Of a stretch of DNA of 58,729 bases, positions 21,067 through 29,039 are shown one piece after another; positions within the stretch are counted from its first letter, which is position 1, and the number at the start of each line of letters is the position of its first letter. Source of the DNA: Acidobacteriota bacterium (GTDB taxonomy: Bacteria; Acidobacteriota; UBA4820; DSQY01); contig JBBIKI010000004.1 in NCBI GenBank assembly GCA_037445535.1, forward strand, positions 1 through 58,729, in the 5' to 3' direction. Under the pieces are notes generated by a model. It searched no databases, was not told where the DNA came from, and saw only the letters and a program-made list of their open reading frames with translations. The translations under genes were made by a program, and so were the position numbers.

Positions 21067-22967
21067 GGGGACTCCAGAACGGCTCTTACCCGCTGGGCTA
21101 CCACGGGCATGGGGTCGCCGGCCAGGGCGGCCACGGCGCCCAGATTGTCCGCGCCGGAGAGGCGGCCGAGCGCTTCGACGGCGGCCAACCGGATGGCCCA
21201 GTCCGCGTGGGTCAAGCAGGCCCTGAACAGGTCCGATTCTACCTCCGTGGCGCAGAGCGATAGGGCCCGGTAGGCGCCTCGTGTCTGGCTCGCGGGGCCG
21301 CGGACAATTTCGGCTTTGAGGAGTGAACGGGCCTCTGGGCCTCCGATCTCTCCAAGGCTCTCAACGATGAGCGCGCGGACCAAGGGCGCCGCCTCCTCCA
21401 AATGAAGGGCCAGAAGGGGTACGCTTGCACTGTCCTTGAGGCGTCCCGCGCATCGGATCAATTCGGCCCGAGGCTCTCTGCCAAGGCTCTGCCGGAGAAG
21501 GGGCAAGAGATCCGTTTGGCCTGAAGCAGCGGCCTCCGTGGCCAGGGGAAGGAAAAGGCCCGGATCCTCCTCTACCCAAGACTCCCACGTTGTACGCGGG
21601 ATAACCCCCTTGCAATCCAAAATTTGGTCTACTACCCGCGCCCTGGGCTCGGGAGGCAGATGGGAAATCTGGCGAAGAGTTTCACCCTGCTTGTTCGCGA
21701 GACGTGCCGATAAGGCGAGTTCGTCCTCCATGTCCAGGTCCCCGCGGAAGCGGAGGGCTTGATGTAGAGGCTTTCTGTACGAAATGAAGAGGGGGTGCAG
21801 CAGCTTGCGGCCCGCGTGGCCGAGTTGGAGATAGAGGGACAGAAGATCGGCGGCAAGTTCCGGCCTCCTGATGCGTTCAAGGGCCTGGACCACCATTTCC
21901 GGATGAAACAGCGCGGCCTCGCTGGACAGCGCGGCCCGAAGATCGTCCGTACCGGGTGAAAGAGGATAACGGGCGGCCAGGCCGAGGCCCCACGCCGCCC
22001 TTAGGTCCGGGCTCCGAAGGAGCTTGGAAATGAGGTCGCTGCGATGCATGAGACAGGCGGGCGGTTCAGGAGCTGCCGTGGGGCTCGCGGCGAGGATATG
22101 CAGCGCAAGGTCATCTTCCGATCCCGGACCTAGGCCGATCAAGCTCGCGGCGGCCATGGCCCGCAGTGCCTCATGGGGCGAACTCAGACGCCGGGCGAGG
22201 GTGGAACGCAGGCTGGGCTGCTCCGTGGGCGCCTTCGGCAGCCCTTCGATCACATGGAGGAGGAGGCCCGCGATGCCGTCCCCCTCGGGAGTGTCCTCAA
22301 TGGCCAGCCAGTGGGCCGAAAGCGCTTTAAAGGCCCGGGCCCCTCCGATGCGGGCGATGGCTTCGGATGCCATGGGTCCGAGAAACGGATCCGGAAGCAG
22401 CTTGTGCAATTGCTTGACGGAAGTGCCGCTTCTGAGGTCGCCCAAGGCGTTCACGGCGGCCATCTGCAGCCAGGGATCGGCCTTCAGGAAGGGAAGAATG
22501 TCGCTAACCGCGCGCGCGTCTCCCAGACGGCCGATGGCTACGAGCGTGTGGTGGAGGAGGTTCGGGTCTGAATGGCGGAGAATGGCTCGCAGGGGTTCCA
22601 GGGCCCGCGGGTCCCTCAAATTGTCAAGCACCGCCACGGCCTGGAGGATCACGTCGGGATCGTCGTCGCCCAGCAAATGTACGGCGAGGCCAAAGGCCTG
22701 AGCGCCGCGGAGCTTGATCATTTCGAGGCCGGCGTTCCGCAGGACGTCGTCGCCTTCCTCACGGAGATATGCCACCAGGAGATCCTCGGGAATGACGGCC
22801 GCTCCAACACTCAGGGCGCGCTGCCTGATGCCGGGGCTAGGGTTGCGAATCATCGTCTCGATGGCCGCCTTCTTTTCCTCCGGGGACATGCCTGGCAGCC
22901 CATGGATGAGCTCCATGCACTCTTCCCACGTGGGCTCTAGCGGAACCTGAGTAGTGCCTTGGCTCAT
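21063..22967 (-). CDS. HEAT/PBS-lyase repeat protein
   Basis: Repeated units such as ALEPLRAILRHSDPNL, AIGRLGDARAV, AAVNALGDL, IVESLGEIG and AAVEALGRL. Probable ATG 22967; stop overlaps the cheR start (ATGA). Confidence 0.85.
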   Translation of the reverse strand: MSQGTTQVPLEPTWEECMELIHGLPGMSPEEKKAAIETMIRNPSPGIRQRALSVGAAVIPEDLLVAYLREEGDDVLRNAGLEMIKLRGAQAFGLAVHLLGDDDPDVILQAVAVLDNLRDPRALEPLRAILRHSDPNLLHHTLVAIGRLGDARAVSDILPFLKADPWLQMAAVNALGDLRSGTSVKQLHKLLPDPFLGPMASEAIARIGGARAFKALSAHWLAIEDTPEGDGIAGLLLHVIEGLPKAPTEQPSLRSTLARRLSSPHEALRAMAAASLIGLGPGSEDDLALHILAASPTAAPEPPACLMHRSDLISKLLRSPDLRAAWGLGLAARYPLSPGTDDLRAALSSEAALFHPEMVVQALERIRRPELAADLLSLYLQLGHAGRKLLHPLFISYRKPLHQALRFRGDLDMEDELALSARLANKQGETLRQISHLPPEPRARVVDQILDCKGVIPRTTWESWVEEDPGLFLPLATEAAASGQTDLLPLLRQSLGREPRAELIRCAGRLKDSASVPLLALHLEEAAPLVRALIVESLGEIGGPEARSLLKAEIVRGPASQTRGAYRALSLCATEVESDLFRACLTHADWAIRLAAVEALGRLSGADNLGAVAALAGDPMPVVAQRVRAVLESP

Positions 22968-22995
22968 AGTCGGTCTCCCGCTGTTGCGACAAAAG

Positions 22996-24924
22996 TTAGA
23001 CCGTGAACTGGTCCGCCAGTTTTTGCAGGCGCTCTGCTTCCTTGGCGAGGTTGACGGTTGCCTTGGACAACTGCTCGGTGGCCGAGAGATTCTGCTGGGA
23101 GACTTGGGCGATGGACTCCACGGCTTTGACAACCATGTCCCCGCCCTTCTTCTGCTCCAACGTGGCGTCCGCTACCTGCTGGGTCATCCGGTTCATGGTT
23201 TCGACGGCCTTCATGATTTCCTTGGCGCCGCCCGCCTGTTCCTTGGCGGCGGCGGCCAGCTCGCGCGTGACGTGTTGCATGTTCGTGGCGGTCTTGAGAA
23301 TTTGGCCGGCCCCCGTATTCTGCTCCTGCGTGGCGGTGAACACCTCGCCGACCAGAGTAGAGCTTTTGCCCACGGAAGAAACGATCTCTTTCAAAACACC
23401 CTCCGTCAGATTCACGGCCTGGCCCACGTCTTTTTGGACCGTCTCCACGAACGCGGAGATTTCCCGGGTCGAATTCATGGAGCGTTCAGCCAGCCGCTTC
23501 ACCTCCTCCGCGACGACGGCGAATCCCTTGCCGGCCTCGCCCGCCCGGGCCGCCTCGATGGCCGCGTTGAGGGCCAAGAGGTTGGTTTGGTCGGCGATTT
23601 CTTCGATGATCTTCACGATCTTCCCGATGTCCTTACTGCTCACACCGATGCCGTTGATGACACGGGAAAGTTCGCCGCCGCCTTCACTGGCGACGCGGGA
23701 GGCCTCGCGGCTCACGTCGTCCACAACTTTCACCTTGCCAGCCACGGAGCGGATGGAGGCCGCCATCTGCTCGATGGTGGCGCTTGTTTCGTCCACGGAG
23801 GAGAGGAGGTTCTCGCCGTTCTTGGCCACTTGTTCGATGGAAGCACCCATCTCCTGGACCGAAGAAGAGGTCTCATCCACGTTGGCAGCCAGAGCCATGG
23901 CCGACTTGGAGACGTTGTCTATTTGCGTGGCCATCTCGACCATCGTTGACGAGGTTTCCTCCGTCGCCGTCGATTGGCTCTCGGCACCTCGGGTGATCTG
24001 AACCGCTGAGGCTGAAATCTCGTCGGCCGAGGAGGCCACTGTTGTGGAGGACTGCTTGATGGCGCTGATCATGTCACGCAAGCTGCGTACGGTGCTGACC
24101 AGGGACTGGCCGAGCTTGCCTATCTCATCGCCGCGGTCCGTATCTAATTTGGGTATGACTAGGCTTCCATGGGAAACCTCGTCCATGGTTCTAAGGAAGG
24201 CAGTGACCGGCCTCGTTATGCCGCGTGAGATAAGCACGCCGGTGACAACGGCGATCAGGAAACCGAGCACCATGACGACGAAGATGGTAATCTTCGCGCT
24301 CGCGGCGGTCGACATGGCGGTCTTCCCTGCCGCCTCGGCGAGGGCACGGTTGGATTCCTCCAGCTTGACCAGCAGGTTGTGGGACTCATACCAGGCGTCG
24401 CGCGTAGTTAGGGAAATCCCAAACGCCTGCTTGTCCAATTCCACAATTCGCGAATCGTCCGGCTTGACACCAAGAGAAATGAGGCGGTCCTTTTGCTCCT
24501 CAAGCTCGCGAACGGCCTGATGAAGCTTTTTCCATTTGTCCCAAGACGTAGTGAACTCCCTCCACTGGGCCATCTCGTCGCTGCTGTGCGGCAGGTTCTC
24601 GTAAGTTCTCCAAGCCTGCTCCGCCTCTTTCCAGTGGTCGTCAATAAAGGTATACTGAGCTTGGCGGATCTTTGAATCAGAGAGCATCCGGTCGCTGACC
24701 TTAAGGTCGGACATGATGAGACCGCGCTCTCCGATCCAGACGGCATTTTGCGCCTGCGTGATGATGAGCAGGGCTTCGATGCTGGGGACCTTGTTCAAAC
24801 AGACGTCATTCAGCTTGGATCCGACGCTGGCGATCCCTCGGTAGCCAACTACACCAATGAGCGCCGCGATGAGGGCAACAAGCAGGAAGCCCCCGATGAG
24901 TTTCGCTGCGATTCCCAGTTTCAT
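22996..24924 (-). CDS. Methyl-accepting chemotaxis protein (2 TM, four-helix sensor, HAMP, long signalling domain)
   Basis: TM1 and TM2, HAMP, and hairpin QTNLLALNAAIEAARAGEAGKGFAVVAEEVKRLAE. GAGGAG SD before ATG 24924. Confidence 0.95.
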   Translation of the reverse strand: MKLGIAAKLIGGFLLVALIAALIGVVGYRGIASVGSKLNDVCLNKVPSIEALLIITQAQNAVWIGERGLIMSDLKVSDRMLSDSKIRQAQYTFIDDHWKEAEQAWRTYENLPHSSDEMAQWREFTTSWDKWKKLHQAVRELEEQKDRLISLGVKPDDSRIVELDKQAFGISLTTRDAWYESHNLLVKLEESNRALAEAAGKTAMSTAASAKITIFVVMVLGFLIAVVTGVLISRGITRPVTAFLRTMDEVSHGSLVIPKLDTDRGDEIGKLGQSLVSTVRSLRDMISAIKQSSTTVASSADEISASAVQITRGAESQSTATEETSSTMVEMATQIDNVSKSAMALAANVDETSSSVQEMGASIEQVAKNGENLLSSVDETSATIEQMAASIRSVAGKVKVVDDVSREASRVASEGGGELSRVINGIGVSSKDIGKIVKIIEEIADQTNLLALNAAIEAARAGEAGKGFAVVAEEVKRLAERSMNSTREISAFVETVQKDVGQAVNLTEGVLKEIVSSVGKSSTLVGEVFTATQEQNTGAGQILKTATNMQHVTRELAAAAKEQAGGAKEIMKAVETMNRMTQQVADATLEQKKGGDMVVKAVESIAQVSQQNLSATEQLSKATVNLAKEAERLQKLADQFTV

Positions 24925-24934
24925 GTGCTCCTCC

Positions 24935-25585
24935 TCAGACTTTCTCTTGGATAGCGGGTTGCAGAGAGTCATGGACCAGCAGAACGCGGTCTACCAGAAG
25001 CATGATGATGAGACTGCCTTGCATGCTGTACACGCCTTTGATGTAGTCGGACTGGGCTGTCATGACGTCGGGCGGCGGCGGTTGGACGGCCTCGGTATCG
25101 ATGCGGGTCACCTGTTGCACGGCGTCCACGAGCAGGCCGATGAGATGGCCCCTCGAAGCGGTAACGAGGATACGGCTGTGGGAGGTGATCTCCGCCTCGG
25201 GCAGCCCAAGGCGGACTCTGAGGTCTACCACGGGCAGGACGCGGCCGCGCATGTTCGTGACGCCTCGCACTGGTTTCGGCGCATGGGGCACTCTCGTGAT
25301 GGTGGCCACCCGAAGGATCTCTTGAACATGGCTGACGGGAAGCCCAAAGGATTCGATGCCCAGGGAGAACGTGACCCACGTCTCCATCCGGGCCTCGCGG
25401 ATTCTGGCATCTTCGTCCCTTTCGGTTCCCGCCAGGCTGTCGGCGAAGGCGTAGATCTGGTCAGGGCCTGTCTTCTGGGGCTCAGCTTGGACGCCGGGGA
25501 GAACGTCCTCGGCCAGGCCCGAGGCCGGGAGTTGGACGGCCCCGTGCAAGTCTTCGGGTTTTTTCGGTCGATTGCTCATCGCCAT
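24935..25585 (-). CDS. cheW: Chemotaxis coupling protein CheW
   Basis: Motifs FGLPVSHVQEI, TRVPHAP..VRGVTNMRGRVLPVVDL and GLLVDAV. About 60 aa N-terminal extension. Confidence 0.93.
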   Translation of the reverse strand: MAMSNRPKKPEDLHGAVQLPASGLAEDVLPGVQAEPQKTGPDQIYAFADSLAGTERDEDARIREARMETWVTFSLGIESFGLPVSHVQEILRVATITRVPHAPKPVRGVTNMRGRVLPVVDLRVRLGLPEAEITSHSRILVTASRGHLIGLLVDAVQQVTRIDTEAVQPPPPDVMTAQSDYIKGVYSMQGSLIIMLLVDRVLLVHDSLQPAIQEKV

Positions 25586-25610
25586 GCCTCTCCTTCGCCA
25601 GCGTTGTCCT

Positions 25611-27179
25611 TCAGGCTGGCTGCTCGATGTTCGGGTCGATCTTCATGAGCCCCCGCGGGTCCAGAATGAGGACCACGCGTCCGTCACCAAGGATGGTGGA
25701 GCCGGACACTCCTGGTGGTGTTCCCACCGCCTCATCCAGCTGCTTGACGACGATGTCCCTGATGCCCGTCAATTCGTCGGCCAGGAGGCCGCGCCGCTTT
25801 CCATCGGCCTCGATGATCACGGCGTATCCGCTGGATCTCATCTGCGCAGTGGTTCCGAAGGTATGTCCAAGATCCAGCAGAGGGAGGACCTCCTCTCGCC
25901 AGGACAACACGCCGGATTGGTTCAAGAGGTGGCCATCACCTGGATGAAAGTGCAGGCTCTCCACAATGGACGAGAGAGGGAGCGCGTACTCTTCCCCGTC
26001 TGCGTGTAGCATGAGCGCCCGGGAGATGGAGACGCTGAGGGGAAGGCGGACCCGGAAGCGGCTCCCAAGGCCCTGCCCCGTGGTGACTTCCAGCCGCCCT
26101 CCCAGCCGCCTGACCGCTTCCACCGCGGCGGACAATCCCATGCCGCGGCCGGCTCCCAAGTCGGCCCCCTCGTGGGTGCTGAAGCCTGGCAGGAAGAGGA
26201 GCTGGAGGATCTCCTCTCCAGGGGGTACGGCGATACCTCGCTCCCTCGCTGCGGCGGCAAGCTCCCCGTGGTCGACGCCAGCGCCGTCATCCTCCACGTC
26301 GACCCAGACCTCGTTGGCGTGAGCTTCAGCGGAGAGCCGGACCAGTCCCATTCGAGGTTTCCCAGCGGCTTCCCGGATTTCGCGGCTCTCGATGCCATGA
26401 ACCACAGCATTGCGCACCATGTGTCCCAGAGCCTCGCTCGCCACCTCCAGGAGCGCCTTGTCGAGCGGGGTGTCGCCGCCAGCAGCCTCAAACTGGACGT
26501 CCTTCCCCGTGCGTTCGCCCTCGTCGTGGACGATTCTGCGAAGGCGCCCGAAGAGGCTCTGGAGAGGTACCATGCGAAGGCGCATGACGTGGTCCTGGAT
26601 GAGCCCCAGGGTTTTTCCGAGGGCTTCCTGCGCTCCCACCACCTCGTCCCAAGCACGGTTTTGGTCCCGCCCAAGGCGGCCCTTAGACACGGCGTCGCTG
26701 AGCCGGTTCTTGAAAATCACCATCTCAGCCAGCAGGTCAACCGTAGCGTCCAGGGCCGTGAAGGGGACCCGCACGCTGCCTCGCATGGCATCGTGGAGGT
26801 CTCTCTTGCGGGATGGTGCAGTGGTGGTCTGCGCTTCGGCCCCGTTGGGAGGAGCACCTTCTGCCGAAGTGGACCTGAGCGCCGAGCGGAGGGCGTCGAG
26901 CCCCGACAAGACCGTCTCCACTCGCGGGTCCCGCGGATCGATCGCCTCAACGTCACTCTCAATCTGGTGGCACAAGCCCTGAATGGGCCGCAGGCCCATC
27001 ATGCCCGAGTTCCCCTTCAGGGTGTGAAGCTCGCGGCGGACCTCGTCCAGAATCGGACGGACATCTTCGGGAGACGCGCCGGAGAGGGAAAGGAGCGCCG
27101 CTTCCACGCATGCAATGCGCTCTTCAGCTTCGAGGAGAAAATCGAAAAGAAGCCCCTCGAAAGGATTGGCCGTCATCAT
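25611..27179 (-). CDS. cheA: Chemotaxis histidine kinase CheA (no P2 domain)
   Basis: HPt ELHTLKGNSGMMG, dimerisation SVRV, HMVRNAVVHGIE, DDGAG, GFST, GRGMGL and C-terminal CheW-like P5. ATG 27179 overlaps the upstream stop. Confidence 0.95.
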   Translation of the reverse strand: MMTANPFEGLLFDFLLEAEERIACVEAALLSLSGASPEDVRPILDEVRRELHTLKGNSGMMGLRPIQGLCHQIESDVEAIDPRDPRVETVLSGLDALRSALRSTSAEGAPPNGAEAQTTTAPSRKRDLHDAMRGSVRVPFTALDATVDLLAEMVIFKNRLSDAVSKGRLGRDQNRAWDEVVGAQEALGKTLGLIQDHVMRLRMVPLQSLFGRLRRIVHDEGERTGKDVQFEAAGGDTPLDKALLEVASEALGHMVRNAVVHGIESREIREAAGKPRMGLVRLSAEAHANEVWVDVEDDGAGVDHGELAAAARERGIAVPPGEEILQLLFLPGFSTHEGADLGAGRGMGLSAAVEAVRRLGGRLEVTTGQGLGSRFRVRLPLSVSISRALMLHADGEEYALPLSSIVESLHFHPGDGHLLNQSGVLSWREEVLPLLDLGHTFGTTAQMRSSGYAVIIEADGKRRGLLADELTGIRDIVVKQLDEAVGTPPGVSGSTILGDGRVVLILDPRGLMKIDPNIEQPA

Positions 27180-27601
27180 CGTCCTCTGGCTTTGGCCACC
27201 GGCCGGGATGGTTCTTCGGCCCGGGAGAAAATTCGGTCGATGAGCTTGTGAAGGTCCGTGGGCTGGAAGGGCTTCGTGAGGTAGGCGCGAGCTCCTGCTT
27301 GGAGGCCCCGGATGGTATCTTCCTCCTTGCCTTCCGTGCTGATGATGATGACCGGGATGCTCTCGAAAACCTTCTCCCGCTTGCAATGCAGGAGAAACTC
27401 AAGGCCGCTCATGACCGGCATGTTGATGTCCAGAACGATGAGGTCCACGTCCGGGTGGTCAGCGAGGCGATGGAGGGCGTCCTGGCCGTCGAAGGCGTGG
27501 ATGATCGTCCCGCCCTGGGCCTTGTACCGCATGAAAATGAGGTCGTACATCCGGTGGAGCAGCTCCGAATCCTCCACCACCAGGATTTTGTTCAACGTCA
27601 T
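27176..27601 (-). CDS. cheY: Single-domain response regulator (CheY-like)
   Basis: VVEDS, VLDINMP.M.G, ISTEG and YLTKPF. Directly upstream of cheA. Confidence 0.85.
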   Translation of the reverse strand: MTLNKILVVEDSELLHRMYDLIFMRYKAQGGTIIHAFDGQDALHRLADHPDVDLIVLDINMPVMSGLEFLLHCKREKVFESIPVIIISTEGKEEDTIRGLQAGARAYLTKPFQPTDLHKLIDRIFSRAEEPSRPVAKARGR

Positions 27602-28431
27602 CGCAGCTCTCCTCCATGGTCTTCCATGCGGCTGGGCTCGTACACTACGGCCACACCGGCCCGGCCGACGGCGGAACGATCTCCTTTAACCCAGTCGCTC
27701 GCGGGACAGGGATACCCCAGCCAGAACCCCTGGGCATAAGGGATGCCCAGGTCGCAGACGGTGTGCCAGTCTTCCGGGCTTTCGACCCCCTCGACGATGC
27801 ACTGCGCGCCCAAGCTCGCGGCCATGTCGCAGAGTGCTCTGAGCAGGCGCTGCTTCCTGGCCGAGGCATGCAAATCTTGGGCAAGGCTCTGGTCCAGCTT
27901 CAGATAATCGGGAGCCAGCCAGAGAAGGTGGTCCAGCCAGGGGAAGGAACTCCCCACGTCGTCCAGGGCGAACTGGATGCCCAACTTCTTGAGTGCGCTT
28001 AGGCTGGAGGCGATATGAACGAGGCTCGCACCCTCGGTAGATTCGGAGATTTCAAGAACGAGGCGGCTTGGGCCGAGGTGGACTTCAGCGAGCAGCGCCA
28101 GGAGGTCGTCTTGGTTGGCCACCAGGTCCAGAAGCGTGGCGCCATGAATATTGATGAAGAGTTTCGCTGCCGAATTGAGAACTCGTCCCGTACGAAGGGC
28201 GGCCCCCAGGCATGCCATGTCCAGGTCGAGAAGGAGATCCGGGTCCATGTAGGAGCGCTCATGGAAAAGCCTCTGAGGATGGGCGAGGGGCGTATCTGCC
28301 GGACCGCGCAGCAAGGCCTCGAACCCGAAAGGACGGGCCGTGTGGGTTTCCCTCACGGGCTGAAAGGCCATGGAGTAGAACCCCCGGTGGAGAAGCTCTC
28401 TGACTTGGTTTCTCTCCGCTTGCTTCAGCAT
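27598..28431 (-). CDS. Stand-alone EAL-domain c-di-GMP phosphodiesterase
   Basis: FQPV...GFEALLRG, FINI, LEISES, FALDDVGS, YLKLD, EGVE and QGF. Catalytic residues appear intact. Confidence 0.9.
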   Translation of the reverse strand: MLKQAERNQVRELLHRGFYSMAFQPVRETHTARPFGFEALLRGPADTPLAHPQRLFHERSYMDPDLLLDLDMACLGAALRTGRVLNSAAKLFINIHGATLLDLVANQDDLLALLAEVHLGPSRLVLEISESTEGASLVHIASSLSALKKLGIQFALDDVGSSFPWLDHLLWLAPDYLKLDQSLAQDLHASARKQRLLRALCDMAASLGAQCIVEGVESPEDWHTVCDLGIPYAQGFWLGYPCPASDWVKGDRSAVGRAGVAVVYEPSRMEDHGGELR

Positions 28432-28808
28432 GGAGCAATCTCCAGGCCCAGGCTCCTGAGCGCTTCTGTCAAAATGCTAGATTTGACTGGCTTTTCAAAA
28501 TAAAACGCCGCGCCTAGTGAGAAGGCGCGCTGCATGATGGCGGGATCTCCGTAGCCAGTGACCAGAATGACGCGTGTCTGCGGACTGTTTTCTCTCACGT
28601 ACTCGATGATCTCCAACCCCTCTTCGCCGAGGATGCCCGTGAGCCTGAGGTCGGCGATGACCACGTCGTATCCTCCGGCCCTGATCTTGGTCTCCGCCTC
28701 CTCCAGGGTCTGGCTGACCTCCACCTCCAACCGCGGGCTGCCAAGGAGCCGCTTGAGCGCAAGTAGCGTGTATTCTTCGTCATCAACAATCAGCAGTCTT
28801 TTCTGCAT
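28425..28808 (-). CDS. Single-domain response regulator receiver protein
   Basis: IVDDE, IADLRL, LVTGY and FEKP. GAGGAG SD. Confidence 0.9.
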   Translation of the reverse strand: MQKRLLIVDDEEYTLLALKRLLGSPRLEVEVSQTLEEAETKIRAGGYDVVIADLRLTGILGEEGLEIIEYVRENSPQTRVILVTGYGDPAIMQRAFSLGAAFYFEKPVKSSILTEALRSLGLEIAPC

Positions 28809-28880
28809 TCATTGGCTCCTCAAAAAAAGCCCGGCGGGACTAGGTGCCGCAAGCGGCCATTCGGACGAAGACACACGAAT

Positions 28881-28896
28881 TGCAACGCGCGTGCCA
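28881..28896 (-). promoter_or_regulatory. Sigma54 (RpoN) -24/-12 promoter
   Basis: Minus strand TGGCAC-GCGCG-TTGCA matches the consensus TGGCAC-N5-TTGC(A/T), about 70 bp upstream of the REC gene start. Confidence 0.9.
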
Positions 28897-28906
28897 TGGC
28901 TGAATT

Positions 28907-28928
28907 AAAGGGACTGATTGAAAATAAA
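28907..28928 (-). promoter_or_regulatory. IHF-like binding site
   Basis: Minus strand TTTATTTT-C-AATCAGTCCCTTT versus consensus A/T tract + WATCARNNNNTTR (one mismatch), between the promoter and the UAS. Confidence 0.5.
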
Positions 28929-28957
28929 GAGGTTACGATGGTGGGTATGACCCGCCG

Positions 28958-29029
28958 GTCTCAGGGGATTCTCAGGGGAAGGGGCGACTCCCGCCACGGG
29001 CCGGTTCTCAACGTGAGAATGGCGAGAAT
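28958..29029. promoter_or_regulatory. Putative upstream activator sequence for the adjacent sigma54 activator
   Basis: Palindrome TTCTCA-ACG-TGAGAA at 29005-29019, plus half-sites GTCTCA 28958, ATTCTCA 28968 and CGAGAAT 29023, about 60-135 bp upstream of -24. Confidence 0.55.
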
Positions 29030-29039
29030 GCCTGCGGGG

